A DNA stretch of 64,000 nucleotides from Akkermansia sp. (GTDB taxonomy: Bacteria > Verrucomicrobiota > Verrucomicrobiia > Verrucomicrobiales > Akkermansiaceae), in the NCBI GenBank assembly GCA_030535875.1, contig JAUNRC010000001.1, forward strand, positions 23,786 to 87,785. The letters run 5' to 3'. Positions within the stretch are counted from its first letter, which is position 1. The number at the start of each line of letters is the position of its first letter. The position numbers and the translations under genes were made by a program. The notes beneath the pieces are model-generated. The model was not told the origin of the DNA and searched no databases. It saw only the letters and a list, made by a program, of their open reading frames with translations. This document shows positions 29,541 to 43,342 of the stretch, piece after piece.

Positions 29541-30062
29541 ATGTTCACTCCGGTAATCGCCGCCAACATTCAGGAAATGGCCGGGAAGTTCGGCCTGCAC
29601 ACAGACATTTTCATTGCCCACCTCATTGCTTTCGCTATCCTTGTGGCAGTGGTTGTCTTCTTCGGCGTAAAGCCCATTATGAAGCAGCTCGAAGAGCGCC
29701 GCGCCCGCATTGAAGAGGGCGAGGCCATGCACGCTCAGAGCCAAAAGGAGCTCGCGGAAGTTAAGGCCACGGGTGAGCAGATTCTTGCCGATGCTCACGC
29801 CCAAGGCAAAAAAGAAATTGAACATGCACGACAGACCGCAGCCAAAGTTCAGGCCGACCTTACCGACAAGGCTGCTGCCGAGGCCCGCACCATCATCGAA
29901 AACGCCCGCACTCAGGCTGAGCTCGACACACAGCGCGAAAAGAATGCCCTCAAGGGTGAGTTTGCCCGCCTGATTGCCGTGGCAACCTCTCAGGTCACCG
30001 GCAAGGTACTCTCCGAGGCCGATCATCGCGCCATCAACGAAGAGGCTATCCGCCACCTGTAA
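29541..30062 (+). CDS. atpF: F0 ATP synthase subunit b
   Basis: TM then KPIMKQLEERRARI coiled coil; operon position. Confidence 0.93.
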   Translation: MFTPVIAANIQEMAGKFGLHTDIFIAHLIAFAILVAVVVFFGVKPIMKQLEERRARIEEGEAMHAQSQKELAEVKATGEQILADAHAQGKKEIEHARQTAAKVQADLTDKAAAEARTIIENARTQAELDTQREKNALKGEFARLIAVATSQVTGKVLSEADHRAINEEAIRHL

Positions 30063-30092
30063 TTCACCGTTTCTCACACCTTACTGACCGTC

Positions 30093-30485
30093 ATGAAGAT
30101 TACAAAGGAAGCTCAGGCTCAGGCACGCCGTCTCATGCGACTTTGCATGGGGGCAGACGGTCTGTTGCAGGAGGACACGGTGCGCCGCATTGCCGCCACG
30201 CTCTGCGATGAAAAGCCGCGCAATTACCTTGCCATACTCAAAGCCTTCACCGACTTAGTACGACTGGAAGTCGCCCGCCATACTGCGACCGTCACCAGTG
30301 CCGTACCGCTGACCGAGGCCGAAAAAAACGCCGTGCGCGCCCGGCTTGCCACGCGCCACACCGGCCTGCAATATGAATGGCACACCGACCCAGAGCTCAT
30401 CGGCGGCCTGACTGTTCGCGTGGGCGATGACGTAACCGATGCCTCCGTCCGCAGTCGCATTGAGCGCCTCACCCGCCTCGCCTGA
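30093..30485 (+). CDS. atpH: F1 subunit delta (short form)
   Basis: VTSAVPL, DPELIGGLTVRVGDDVTDASV. Confidence 0.92.
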   Translation: MKITKEAQAQARRLMRLCMGADGLLQEDTVRRIAATLCDEKPRNYLAILKAFTDLVRLEVARHTATVTSAVPLTEAEKNAVRARLATRHTGLQYEWHTDPELIGGLTVRVGDDVTDASVRSRIERLTRLA

Positions 30486-30554
30486 TTTCCCCTCCGCACT
30501 TTTACCGATCAAACCTCTTTCCATCAACATTTTCAAAAAATTACCACCACGCGT

Positions 30555-32096
30555 ATGAGCAATATCGTACAAGAACTCGAAGCACAGATCCGCACCGCCA
30601 CCACAGCCACCATCAGTGAAAACGTGGGTACCATCAAAGCCCTGGGTGACGGCGTGGCCCGCATTGAAGGCCTGAGCAACGCCATGCTCAATGAAATGAT
30701 TGAGTTCCCCGGCGGCGTCATGGGTCTGGCCATGAACCTCGAGGAGAACGAAGTGGGTGCCGTGCTTATCGGTAACGGCAACGACCTGAAAGAAGGCGAC
30801 ACCTGCAAGACCACGGGTCGTCTGTTGCAGGTGCCGGTCGGCCCCGGTCTGCTCGGTCGCGTGGTAGACACTCTGGGTAACCCGCTCGACGGCAAGGGCC
30901 CCATTACGGCTGCCGACTATTATCCTGTCGAAAAGATTGCCTCGGGCATCATTTCCCGCCAGGGTGTGAACCAGCCGGTACAGACCGGCATTCTGCCCAT
31001 CGATGCCATGATTCCCATCGGCCGCGGCCAGCGTGAGCTCATCATCGGTGACCGCTCCACCGGCAAGACCGCCATCGCTACCGACACCATCATCTCTCAG
31101 GCCCGTCAGAACAAGCTCGCTGAGGAAGGCAAGCTGCCCGGCCATCGCCCGCTCTACAGCATCTACGTAGCCATCGGTCAGAAGCGCGCCACCATCTCCC
31201 GCTTGGTAGCCAAGCTCGAAGAGAACGGTGCCATGCCGTACAGCATCATCGTTGTTGCCAGTGCCTCCGACAGCGCTGCCATGCAGTACCTCGCCCCCTA
31301 CGCCGGTTGCGCCATGGGTGAGTACTTCATGGACCAAGGGCAGGATGCCATCATCGTCTACGACGACCTCTCCAAGCACGCTGTGGCTTATCGTCAGGTA
31401 TCGCTCATCCTGCGCCGTCCCTCCGGTCGTGAGGCATATCCCGGTGACGTATTCTACCTGCACAGCCGCCTGCTGGAGCGCGCAGCCCGCATCAACAGCG
31501 AGGGCGGTCGTAAAGGCGGCTCCCTGACGGCTCTCCCCATCATCGAAACTCAGGCCGGTGACGTGTCCGCCTACATTCCCACCAACGTCATCTCCATTAC
31601 CGACGGCCAGATTTTCCTCGACACCGACCTCTTCTACCAAGGTGTACGTCCCGCCATTAACGTCGGCATCTCCGTGAGCCGCGTAGGTTCCTCCGCTCAG
31701 ACCAAGATTGTGAAGAAACTCGCAGGTTCCGTTAAGCTCGACCTTGCCCAGTTCGAAGAACTTCAGGCTTTCGCCCAGTTCGGCTCCGACCTCGATGCCA
31801 ACACCAAGGCCAAGCTCGAACGCGGTCGCCGCATCGTCGAACTCTTCAAGCAGGGGCAGTACGACCCCAAGAGCCTCGGCATCGAAGTCATCGACCTCTA
31901 CGCCATCCAGAAAGGTTACCTCGACGACGTAGCCGTGGACAAAGTACAGAAAGTCTGCCGCGACATGGAAGAAGAAGCCACCACCAACAACCCCGAGCTG
32001 CTGGCTGCCATCGAAAGCAAGAAAGAGCTCACTCCCGAGATTGACGAGCAGCTCAAGCAGTTCATGACCTCCTTCAAATCCCGCCTGACGAAGTAA
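30555..32096 (+). CDS. atpA: F1 subunit alpha
   Basis: [28 protein letters not shown]. Confidence 0.98.
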   Translation: MSNIVQELEAQIRTATTATISENVGTIKALGDGVARIEGLSNAMLNEMIEFPGGVMGLAMNLEENEVGAVLIGNGNDLKEGDTCKTTGRLLQVPVGPGLLGRVVDTLGNPLDGKGPITAADYYPVEKIASGIISRQGVNQPVQTGILPIDAMIPIGRGQRELIIGDRSTGKTAIATDTIISQARQNKLAEEGKLPGHRPLYSIYVAIGQKRATISRLVAKLEENGAMPYSIIVVASASDSAAMQYLAPYAGCAMGEYFMDQGQDAIIVYDDLSKHAVAYRQVSLILRRPSGREAYPGDVFYLHSRLLERAARINSEGGRKGGSLTALPIIETQAGDVSAYIPTNVISITDGQIFLDTDLFYQGVRPAINVGISVSRVGSSAQTKIVKKLAGSVKLDLAQFEELQAFAQFGSDLDANTKAKLERGRRIVELFKQGQYDPKSLGIEVIDLYAIQKGYLDDVAVDKVQKVCRDMEEEATTNNPELLAAIESKKELTPEIDEQLKQFMTSFKSRLTK

Positions 32097-32102
32097 TCCC
32101 CC

Positions 32103-34434
<2,332 letters not shown>

Positions 34435-34439
34435 ACACC

Positions 34440-34862
34440 ATGCCTCTGCACTTCCAGATTATCACCCCCCTGCGCACCGCCCTGCAAGCGGATGTAAGCT
34501 CCATTCAGCTACCGGCAATCGAGGGTGAGATGGAGATTCTGCCGGGCCACGCCGACATCATTGCGGCAGTGGCCAACGGCGAGCTCACCTACCGCCCCGA
34601 GGGCGGCAGCCCCGACAGCCTCTTTGTGGGCGGCGGTTTCCTGCAGGTTGAGAAGGATAACGTCCTGCTGGTGACCGATACGGCGCTCAAACCGGGTGAA
34701 ATCGATTCGACTGCCGTTCAGGCCGCCATCGAGCGAGCTCAGGCAGCCCTGCGCAACAGCGAGTCCGTACTCTCCCGCGAGGAACAGACCTACCTCGCCG
34801 CTCAGCTCGCCAAGCAGCTCGCCATCCTCGACTACAGTCGCAAGAGAAAGAGCCGCGTCTGA
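34440..34862 (+). CDS. atpC: F1 subunit epsilon
   Basis: IITP, GEMEILPGH, VGGGFLQV. Confidence 0.95.
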   Translation: MPLHFQIITPLRTALQADVSSIQLPAIEGEMEILPGHADIIAAVANGELTYRPEGGSPDSLFVGGGFLQVEKDNVLLVTDTALKPGEIDSTAVQAAIERAQAALRNSESVLSREEQTYLAAQLAKQLAILDYSRKRKSRV

Positions 34863-34892
34863 CCCCTATCGACAGGCCACAACATTTCAATC

Positions 34893-34922
34893 AACAGCGA
34901 ACCCGTCGGTTCGCTGTTTTTT
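34893..34922 (+). terminator. Terminator of atp operon
   Basis: AACAGCGAACC-CGTC-GGTTCGCTGTT-TTTT. Confidence 0.8.
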
Positions 34923-34930
34923 CTCTTACC

Positions 34931-35578
34931 TCAGCGCAACAAGGCGTAAGCAAGGATGTTAGCATTGATTTCCAATGCATTCTCCAACTCACTTCCGCCA
35001 CAACAACAGCAGTTACGGGAATTGGAACTATCATTCAACCCGTCAGCCGAATAAATAATCACCAACTTGCCGCCCAATTCGACTCCCTCCAAATATCCCG
35101 ATGTAGGGCGTTTGCCGGCTTTCAATGACGTGATAGGAAAAACCGTCGAAAAAATCGGGTGCGACATCGGCACGGGGCGCAGAGATTCAGCCCCGAAAAT
35201 CTCGCCCATCTCGCGTCGGAAAGCGCGATCCCAATCACTGCTGGAACAACCGGCAGAAGCCAACAAAAAGCCGCCGCCCTCAACATATTTCCGAATATTA
35301 TCGCGTTCTTTAGCCGTCAAATGGAAATTTCCCTCCCCCGTCATCACGACAAAAGGAAATCGGAACAACTCATCATTATCCATACGCACGGCACGAAAGC
35401 GCCGCGCGGTATTGATGCCGGTGCGCTGCTGCACCGTGCTCAGAAACTCATCACTGAAACAACGTGAAGTCTTAGAACCGGCATAGATAAGATTGCCACA
35501 CTGCACCACCCCTTCCTTAGCCATCAGGGGTAGCGCACACAAGAAAAGAAACATCAACAGGAACTTCTTCATCATCAA
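34931..35578 (-). CDS. DUF4159-like secreted protein
   Basis: ELFRFPFVVMTG, YVEGGGFL, HPIF, NILAYAL; end of MoxR operon. Confidence 0.75.
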   Translation of the reverse strand: MMMKKFLLMFLFLCALPLMAKEGVVQCGNLIYAGSKTSRCFSDEFLSTVQQRTGINTARRFRAVRMDNDELFRFPFVVMTGEGNFHLTAKERDNIRKYVEGGGFLLASAGCSSSDWDRAFRREMGEIFGAESLRPVPMSHPIFSTVFPITSLKAGKRPTSGYLEGVELGGKLVIIYSADGLNDSSNSRNCCCCGGSELENALEINANILAYALLR

Positions 35579-38256
35579 TAAGTAAAATAAGAACGAACGG
35601 CATCCCGATAGACGGACGGCACCTGCTCAGCCCCCCCACTCGGGTACGATACGGAATCCGCCGCAGGAGTACCGACCTTACGGCGCGGAGACAAGGATGG
35701 AGGAGCTGCACCACTCCCGACGGCACCACCTGAGGACGGCGTACGGGCTTGTCCCTTACGCCCACGGCCCATACGCGAACGCTGCGGGCCTATCAGCTTG
35801 GAGCCGACGGCATTCGGCATAGCGGAGCTACCACCCCTGCTGCCTATACCCTGAGCCATAGAAGGCGAACCGTTATTCCTACGCCCCTTCAGCGCATCAA
35901 GCAACTGAGTGAGAGTATCGCCGGCAGCCGAGCCGAAAGAACGGCGGCACTGCTCAAGAGCATTGGCAAGGCTCTGCTGCGAGCACTCGTTCTGCAACAA
36001 CTTTCGAAGAGCCGCCAAAGCATCGCGAGCCTGCGCATGCGCCTCGGCCGGCTGATGAGCAGCGGCTTCGACCACAGCCCGGTCCATCAACCCCTCCACC
36101 CCGGCACTCTCACAAGCGTAGCGCATATTCACAATCATTGCATGAAAAGGAGCAAGATTTTCATACTGAGCCAGTTCTTCCAGAAGTCCGCTCAATCCTT
36201 CCTCCCAAGCAACGTAATCACGCAGAATCACAGCCTGCTCACTCCCCAAGCCCTCCAATTTTCCCGGCTCTGAAGTCGAAGCCGCACCATACTCCTCGGT
36301 AAATCGACGGAACAAGTCCACCATCATCGTCTGTTGCTCCACCAACTGCATGAACACCGCCTGAACCTCACTCACGCGGGCAATCAGTGCAAGCTCACGG
36401 GCCGATTTTGCCTGTTCGGCCACCTTCTCTCTCCCGACATTCAGGCTCTCCAGCAGCTCATTCATGAGCCCTCGGCGCTCCTCCTCAGTAGCACCGGGCG
36501 ACAACTTTTCCACCCGGCCAAGAGCCGTTGTCAGCACCTCCTCCAATTGTGCAGCGGTAGCAGACAACTCCCCATCCATATCAAATGCCGGAAAATCCTG
36601 AGCAAAGGTTCGCGCTATTTTCCGGGCTTCTTCCAAGGCTCTGCGAACGGCCTCAGGCTCACCGCTTTCCAGCGCCTGCCGAACGGTATCCAGAGCCTCC
36701 TCCAAGGCCTCATACCGCGACAGGAACTCCTCATAACTAAGTTCCATCCGAAGGATGGCGGCATATTCCTCCTCCGAGATAATCTGAACATGGGTTGTCG
36801 GGGAGGAAACGATATTGAAACGGAAAGGATTATCATCCCCCACCTCAGCGCGCAGTTCCAGTTTATCGCCCGGGCGCAGACCAAGCGCCGCCGTATCGTA
36901 CCGCTGCTGCCATTTCTGCTCACGCACCTTACCCACCAACACCGACTGACCATGTTGGCGCCAAGGAGCCAAGGCCTTGCTGAAAACAAAGCGCCTCAGG
37001 CCATAATCATCCTCCGCCAGCACTTCCAGCTCCAAGGGTTGTCCCGCCACCAAATATGTTCCGTTCTCCGGGCGGGTAATGCTGACCTGCGGAGGGCTAT
37101 CAGGCAGCACCGCCAAGCGCACCTGCACCGGAGCATCGGCCTCGCGACCGTCGGCATCGGCCACCTGCAGCTCAAGGCTGCCCGGCCGCCGCACCGGCAA
37201 GCTCAATCGCATGGTTCGTCCCTGTACTTCAGCCTGCAAATGTTCCGGCTCCTCCTGACCGCTTGCGGTGAAAATACCGTAACCCTTCACAATATCCGTA
37301 CTCGTCGTCAATTCAAACGTCACGCTACCGCCGTCAGGCACAAGGATTTCACTGCCGCCCAGTCTCAGTTTTCGTTCCGGCTCACCGGTATATGGCAAAG
37401 GAGTAACGATAGCAGTACCGGAAAGAATACGAGGACTGTAATTCACCGTCACCGGCACAAAATGACTGCGCGCCCGCCCATCAGCAGCGGCAAAAGCCAC
37501 CTCGCAGGGAGCCGTCACCTTCTCCAGCACTCTCACATAACTTCCGTCGCGGGAACGGAATGTCGGCAGCACCTGCACCGGCACTCCCTCTGCCCGCAAC
37601 AACAGGCATATATCCTCCGGCTCATCCCATCCCTCCACACGACAACCGAGCGATAAATCCTCACCATAATGGACCTGCGGAGCCGTTGAGGACAGAATAA
37701 ATCGCCATGAGGAATAGGGCGGCACATCCTCCGTCGGATAAAGCATACGGGCACTCAGCGTGTTGAAGGCCGCAGGTCCGGCACCGTACAGACCGATAAG
37801 AGCAGCCCCCGTTAAGGCCGGCACCAGCAGAGCAATAAGCCAACGACGCAAGGCAGGATAATGACGGCGGGCCTGACGAATGGCGACAGCGGCCTGCCGG
37901 CGAGCCTGCTCAGCCAACCAGCCGAAGAGAGGAGATGTTGCAGCAGCGGGGAGCTTCAGGGCGCAAGCGACCGTGCGGCGGGAATCTTCATTCAGGCTGT
38001 CCAACTCCTGCGGCAAGAGCCAAGCAACCCGCAGAGCCCGGTAAAGAACCGGCAACAACAGGAGCACCGCCAGCCCTATGCCAGCCTGCTGCATCAGCCC
38101 TCGCACCTCTGCGCTCAGCACAAATGCCCAATCGCAGAGCGCACACAACAAAGCCTCAAGAACCAGAACAGCCACCCACCACCCCAGTCCGCAAGCCAAC
38201 TGAGCAACAAAACAACTCACACGCGCCCGGCGCAATTCCGTTCGAAACGATTTCAT
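35575..38256 (-). CDS. Large membrane / coiled-coil protein (DUF4175-like)
   Basis: N-terminal TMs, PDSPPQV, AEDDYGL, C-terminal VPSVYRDAVRSYF; TGATG coupling to upstream gene. Confidence 0.7.
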   Translation of the reverse strand: MKSFRTELRRARVSCFVAQLACGLGWWVAVLVLEALLCALCDWAFVLSAEVRGLMQQAGIGLAVLLLLPVLYRALRVAWLLPQELDSLNEDSRRTVACALKLPAAATSPLFGWLAEQARRQAAVAIRQARRHYPALRRWLIALLVPALTGAALIGLYGAGPAAFNTLSARMLYPTEDVPPYSSWRFILSSTAPQVHYGEDLSLGCRVEGWDEPEDICLLLRAEGVPVQVLPTFRSRDGSYVRVLEKVTAPCEVAFAAADGRARSHFVPVTVNYSPRILSGTAIVTPLPYTGEPERKLRLGGSEILVPDGGSVTFELTTSTDIVKGYGIFTASGQEEPEHLQAEVQGRTMRLSLPVRRPGSLELQVADADGREADAPVQVRLAVLPDSPPQVSITRPENGTYLVAGQPLELEVLAEDDYGLRRFVFSKALAPWRQHGQSVLVGKVREQKWQQRYDTAALGLRPGDKLELRAEVGDDNPFRFNIVSSPTTHVQIISEEEYAAILRMELSYEEFLSRYEALEEALDTVRQALESGEPEAVRRALEEARKIARTFAQDFPAFDMDGELSATAAQLEEVLTTALGRVEKLSPGATEEERRGLMNELLESLNVGREKVAEQAKSARELALIARVSEVQAVFMQLVEQQTMMVDLFRRFTEEYGAASTSEPGKLEGLGSEQAVILRDYVAWEEGLSGLLEELAQYENLAPFHAMIVNMRYACESAGVEGLMDRAVVEAAAHQPAEAHAQARDALAALRKLLQNECSQQSLANALEQCRRSFGSAAGDTLTQLLDALKGRRNNGSPSMAQGIGSRGGSSAMPNAVGSKLIGPQRSRMGRGRKGQARTPSSGGAVGSGAAPPSLSPRRKVGTPAADSVSYPSGGAEQVPSVYRDAVRSYFTY

Positions 38257-40448
38257 CACGACAAACCCTTTCTTCTGCGAATGAACCAAAGCAGCCCCAA
38301 GCAACCGGCAATAACTGCCAGTACCTGCCATTCAGCCCACATGGGGCAATAAACATCCTCCGTCGCACGCGCACCCTCCGGCATGGTGAAAATCGCGGCA
38401 AGCTGTTCATCCGTCAGCTCTGTCGGCAAAACCATACCGCCCGTTGCCTCAGCCACCCGAGCAGGTAATTCGGCATCGGCATTCAGATTATCCTCTTCCG
38501 TCGGTAACGAACGCACCGTCAATCGGCACTCAGGTGAAGGTGTATCACCCGCAACAGACCTCAACAAATATTCACCCGGCGGCAAGGGAGCAAAAGTACA
38601 TTCCCAGCGCGGCATCCCGACCGACGGTCGCAGCACCGCCGATTGTTGTGCCGCCACAGAGCCATCCGCCAAATTAACAGCCTGCACCTCCACAGTCGCC
38701 GGACGACTCATACCACGCCACCCGAGCAAACAAGTGAACGACTCCCCTTCCCGAATCACGGAGCGGTCGGCATGCAACGACAAATCAAAACCGGGCATGA
38801 ACTCCGCCGCCGTCTGTACCCACGGCAAAAATCGCCGCCAGAACTCCCGGTACATATTGCCGTGGTGACGGGCTTCCGGATAAAAATCCCACTTCCAAAG
38901 TCCCTCACCATTCAGACACGCCACCGCTCCAAGGCCGCTACGCATCATACCCAGCACCGGGATATTCTGCCCGGCGGCAACAGCCAGCACACGAGTCTGC
39001 GGGCGGCACTCCTGCACCTCCCACACGTCCTCCAGCGGCGGCAACGACTTCCACACATCATGCTCGGCACCGGGCAGCAAACGACCGAACAGCCCCATAC
39101 TCAAGCCATCAGATGACGGCTCCAAACAATGCTCAGCGGCATTCGGAGCTGCACCCCATACAAAGGGCTCCAGCGCCTCCATCCCGTCCAACCTACCGCC
39201 GTAGCAACGACCGCGCGACAGAACCAGAATGCCCCCCTGCTCGCTCACCCATGAAGAGAGAGCCTGCACGGCGGCAGCATCCATCAGACGCTCCATCCCT
39301 TTGCCCAGCACCACAATATCGTAACCGGATAATTGCTCAGCATTGGTCGGCATGTTGGGAGTTTCGGCCGGCGTGGCATCATCATCCCCGGTATTGATAT
39401 GGTAAAAACGCTTCTCGCTCAGACGATGAACGGAACGAACATCGAAAACCTCCTGCCCTCGTAAATATTGCGCCAGAAACTTGCTGTCCCAATACGGAGC
39501 CCCTTCCGCCAAGAACACCCGAATGCGGGAATTGACCATGCGCACCGTCATGCGAACGGCATTGTTGTCGTCCCTGCTCTCACCCTGCTGCGGACTCACC
39601 CGAATAAAGAACTCTCCGGACTGAGCAGCGCAGGTAAAAGTAACTTCGCGCGTAGTTCCCGACGGAACATCGAGCGTCTTGCGTTGCAGAACTTCGCCAT
39701 CCGCCCCGGTCAGCTCCGCCATCAACTGTCGATTCCCCATACGGCAATTCCGCACTTCCGCACTCAGAACGACCTCCACCCCGGGATAAGCCGCCACAAA
39801 GGGATGAGCCGACGTGACAACCAAATCAGGGGCCTGCCAAGTACTCCCCAAGGGCACAACATGCACCGGACAATCCGCAGCGCCCGCACGGGCAACAAGC
39901 TGCATGAAAGCCTTGGGGCGGGTATCTCGCCCATCCGTTATCAAGACAGCGCCCGCAACCGTACGCCCCCCTCGACGCAGCGTTTCGATACTCTCGGCCA
40001 GCGCACTCATCACCGCCGAAGATTTACCGTTCAACGGATGAGCAGCCAGCTCCTCCGCCGACTCCTGCGGCGCTGCGGAATCAGCAAGCGCCACCCACCT
40101 CACCTCGCGGTTCGGCACGCCATCCAGTTGTTCCAGCACCCGAGCAGCCACTGCAGCGCGCGACTCGGCAGCAACATCATCCGCAACAGGAGCCGCCATG
40201 GAGGCCGACACATCCATACCGACAAGCCACACCGGCGCAGCCCCCGAGGGGCGCTCTACCACATGTCCCGGATTGAGCAGCAATACAGCTCCGCCCAAAG
40301 TAGCCCCGCATGCCAACAGCACACAAAGTACCCGCAGAACTCGCCCCAGCGACCGACAGGTGACCGCACAGAGCCACCCCGTCAGTACCACCGCTATCAA
40401 AACAAGCAGTACCAAAACAGGCAAAGGAAGTATGGGTTGTAACATCAT
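38256..40448 (-). CDS. vWA + glutamine-amidotransferase-like membrane protein
   Basis: MIDAS DVSASM, LITDG, W..KFL, C-terminal WFIRRRKGL. Confidence 0.78.
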   Translation of the reverse strand: MMLQPILPLPVLVLLVLIAVVLTGWLCAVTCRSLGRVLRVLCVLLACGATLGGAVLLLNPGHVVERPSGAAPVWLVGMDVSASMAAPVADDVAAESRAAVAARVLEQLDGVPNREVRWVALADSAAPQESAEELAAHPLNGKSSAVMSALAESIETLRRGGRTVAGAVLITDGRDTRPKAFMQLVARAGAADCPVHVVPLGSTWQAPDLVVTSAHPFVAAYPGVEVVLSAEVRNCRMGNRQLMAELTGADGEVLQRKTLDVPSGTTREVTFTCAAQSGEFFIRVSPQQGESRDDNNAVRMTVRMVNSRIRVFLAEGAPYWDSKFLAQYLRGQEVFDVRSVHRLSEKRFYHINTGDDDATPAETPNMPTNAEQLSGYDIVVLGKGMERLMDAAAVQALSSWVSEQGGILVLSRGRCYGGRLDGMEALEPFVWGAAPNAAEHCLEPSSDGLSMGLFGRLLPGAEHDVWKSLPPLEDVWEVQECRPQTRVLAVAAGQNIPVLGMMRSGLGAVACLNGEGLWKWDFYPEARHHGNMYREFWRRFLPWVQTAAEFMPGFDLSLHADRSVIREGESFTCLLGWRGMSRPATVEVQAVNLADGSVAAQQSAVLRPSVGMPRWECTFAPLPPGEYLLRSVAGDTPSPECRLTVRSLPTEEDNLNADAELPARVAEATGGMVLPTELTDEQLAAIFTMPEGARATEDVYCPMWAEWQVLAVIAGCLGLLWFIRRRKGLS

Positions 40449-42457
40449 GATTCCGCTGACATACGAGCACCGCCGGAAGGCCGACTGATGATAAGTTCAA
40501 GGATAAAGAAAATCAAAGCAGCAAGCAGCGACCAGGGCCAGAGGGCAATTCTCGCTGGTGTGATGACCTGCTCGGCTGCCTCCGAGACGGAGAGTACGGA
40601 CGGAGTTGACTCCGGGGTAAAACTGCTCAGTTCCGACTCCTCCCGAGGGAAATTAACCGCTATGGTAGCCAACAACTCTTCACCGGCGTACCACCGGTAA
40701 ACACCGGGCAGAACAGGCTGCTCACCACGCACCGTTGCCGCACCTATTACAATCGGCAGTTCCTGTCCGGCCTGATTGATAAGCCGCACATCCACCGGTG
40801 CCACTCCGACCGGCAATTTTAACTCGGGGTAATCCTGTCCGGCCACAAGTTCCGCATCACTCGAAGCGCCGCGAGCATGGCGAAGCTGCTCCGCGAGCAT
40901 GGGCAAAAAGAGCGGAGAAAAGCCCTGCCGACTATGACGGGCGGTCACCGGCATGTTCCAGACCAGCAGCACACCTTGCCCCACAGCACGGCGCACAAGC
41001 GCCGGCACTCCGTCCGGATATTTCATGAGTACGGTTGCGCCCGTAGTCAACGGAACTTCTTTCACACGGGAATAAACGCCCTCCTGCTCCCAACTCCGCA
41101 AGGCTTCAGAGCCAAAAAGGGCAAATGAGGCATCATCCTGTGCCGCCACCGGGGTCTGCCAAGCCTGACCATCGGTTAACACCTCTCCGTCAAGTATTTT
41201 CTTCTGCCCGGTCAACAAAGGATGTAAGGCCGTATCTTTCACCATATCCGGCACAACCAGCACCGTCTCGCCGGCTGCCAAACGTTCCTGAATAAGCGGC
41301 ACGTCATCAGCCGTCGGAGCATGCCGCACGACAAAATCCGCCGCTCGCTCAGGAACAGACGGCAAACACAATGTGCGCAGGAAAGGCATGTGCTCCAATG
41401 CCCTGAGCATAAATCCCGCATGAGCGCGATCACTCGCAATAACCAAGCAATCCAACTTATCCGCCACCGAGACTACGAGATGGCGCACATTGTCGCCGGG
41501 ATAAGCATCCGACTCCGTCCGGGCTGTCAGCAACCAATCTCCGGGCTCAGTCGGAGCCGATAGTTCAAACTGCACTTCACATCGACCGCCGCGACTCAAC
41601 TCGCAGGGCTGTGACAAGCGTAAATTTCCGGCCTCAATCGAGACACTCATCGCCACATGACCCTCACGGGGTGATGGCCCTTCACGATGACGCAAGGCTA
41701 CCCGCAGGCTGACCTTCTGACCGGGGAGAGGGCGGGCCGGAGTGAGCGACAGGGAATCAACCGATATATTCTCCACGGTAGAAGTCTGCGCGACCGACAC
41801 GCAATCCACCCGAGCATCCCCCGCCAACTGAGCCATGGGCTTTTCCATGACCGAGCTCTGAAAATCCGAAATAATCAGAAGTCTGCCCTGCACCGTCTCG
41901 GGCAATTCATTTAACTGACGAAAAGCCGCTTTCAGCGCCCCCTCCACATCGGCAGAAGCCGCAGCTTGACTCTGCGTGCGGGCAAGTTCCCGCAAAAGAA
42001 CAGGGCGAGCGGCCTCCGGCTGCTCAAACAGGAAGTTCGGATAAGCAGCAAGAGTCACCATGTTCACTCGCGTGCGAGACTCCAAGGAGCGCACAACGGC
42101 ACCGGCAAGCTCCAGCGCACGATTCATGCGCACCTGCTGTCCGTCTGCCGCCCCCATTGAGGCAGTATTGTCCAGCACCAGAATAAGAGCCTGCCCGCCC
42201 TCCTCCTCATCACCACCGCCCATGTACGGCAACAAAAAAGCAGCCCCCAAGCAAGCACAGCACAAGGTTCGCAACAGTAACAACAACCAATCCTTAGGTC
42301 GCGCATGGCGAGCCTGCCGACGCACAAGCACATGCAGGAGCTCTACGGAACTGAAACGACGCTCCTTCGGGCGGGTACGCGCTACCAAGTGCACCAGCAG
42401 GGGCACCAGAGCAGCGGTCATCAACCACCATAGAGGATTGTCAAAGGAGAAGTTCAT
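40445..42457 (-). CDS. BatA N-terminal domain + vWA protein
   Basis: NPLWW...PLLVHL...WLLLLLR BatA motif; DNTASM, IISDFQ. Confidence 0.85.
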   Translation of the reverse strand: MNFSFDNPLWWLMTAALVPLLVHLVARTRPKERRFSSVELLHVLVRRQARHARPKDWLLLLLRTLCCACLGAAFLLPYMGGGDEEEGGQALILVLDNTASMGAADGQQVRMNRALELAGAVVRSLESRTRVNMVTLAAYPNFLFEQPEAARPVLLRELARTQSQAAASADVEGALKAAFRQLNELPETVQGRLLIISDFQSSVMEKPMAQLAGDARVDCVSVAQTSTVENISVDSLSLTPARPLPGQKVSLRVALRHREGPSPREGHVAMSVSIEAGNLRLSQPCELSRGGRCEVQFELSAPTEPGDWLLTARTESDAYPGDNVRHLVVSVADKLDCLVIASDRAHAGFMLRALEHMPFLRTLCLPSVPERAADFVVRHAPTADDVPLIQERLAAGETVLVVPDMVKDTALHPLLTGQKKILDGEVLTDGQAWQTPVAAQDDASFALFGSEALRSWEQEGVYSRVKEVPLTTGATVLMKYPDGVPALVRRAVGQGVLLVWNMPVTARHSRQGFSPLFLPMLAEQLRHARGASSDAELVAGQDYPELKLPVGVAPVDVRLINQAGQELPIVIGAATVRGEQPVLPGVYRWYAGEELLATIAVNFPREESELSSFTPESTPSVLSVSEAAEQVITPARIALWPWSLLAALIFFILELIISRPSGGARMSAES

Positions 42458-43332
42458 CGGGCAAGAGCATCAAAGAGAGGATAGTATGATTGCTGTGTGG
42501 TGGTGCTCAGGTAAATCATACCGCGAGCAGCAGCCAGCGCATGCAACCCCTGTTGGCGGGCGAGCATGGCAGCGGCATATTCCCGGCGAAGAGTCTCGGG
42601 ATTACAGGTCACGCGCTGTCCGGTTTCCATATCAACGAAGCGGGCGGCACCCTGCCCCGGCAATTCCCATTCGGCGCTATCGAGCACCTGTACCAGTACC
42701 ACCTTGCACCCTCGGTGCAGGTAGGGATGAAGAGCTTTCAACAGCTCTCCATAATCGCAGAGAAAATCCGATATAATCACCAGAGTTCCGGGACGTTGCA
42801 ACAAAGCACGGGAGCGCAGCAGAGCCCGGGGCAAATCCGTCTTACTGCCGGCCTTCTGCCGTTCCAACAAACTCAGGCACCTGTTGAGGTGGCCCATCGT
42901 GGAGCCGGGCGGAATAAAATGGCGCAGTTGCTCATCAAAAATCTGCAAAGATACCCTATCGTGACCACGCACCACCAACCAAGCCACACAGGCCGCAAAA
43001 TGCAAAGCATACTCCAACTTACTCAGCGGTCCCTGCTCCCGATATCCCATCGAGGCCGAGGCATCGACAAAAAGGTGACATTCCAAATGAGTTTCGTGCT
43101 CAAAGGTACGCGTCAGCAGGCGATCCGTGCGCCCGTACACTCGCCAGTCAACCAAGCGAGGGTCATCCCCGGGAGCATAGGCCCGATACTCTAAAAAGTC
43201 GCTACTGCTGCCACGCCCTTTAGCGCGGTGGTGCCCACTCAACCAGCCCTCCGCCATCATCTGCACCGCAAAGCGATAATTCGCCAGGCGGGTCATGTCC
43301 TCGGGGCGTAAAATGGCGGGAGCCTGAGCCAT
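42454..43332 (-). CDS. DUF58 protein
   Basis: FLEYRAYAPGDDPRLVDW, DASASM, IISDFL. Confidence 0.9.
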   Translation of the reverse strand: MAQAPAILRPEDMTRLANYRFAVQMMAEGWLSGHHRAKGRGSSSDFLEYRAYAPGDDPRLVDWRVYGRTDRLLTRTFEHETHLECHLFVDASASMGYREQGPLSKLEYALHFAACVAWLVVRGHDRVSLQIFDEQLRHFIPPGSTMGHLNRCLSLLERQKAGSKTDLPRALLRSRALLQRPGTLVIISDFLCDYGELLKALHPYLHRGCKVVLVQVLDSAEWELPGQGAARFVDMETGQRVTCNPETLRREYAAAMLARQQGLHALAAARGMIYLSTTTQQSYYPLFDALAR

Positions 43333-43342
43333 GAGAATGAAA

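Noticed and set aside
36334-37656. 440-aa plus-strand ORF
   Set aside because: Antisense to the coupled MoxR operon gene; His/Gln/Leu-rich shadow composition
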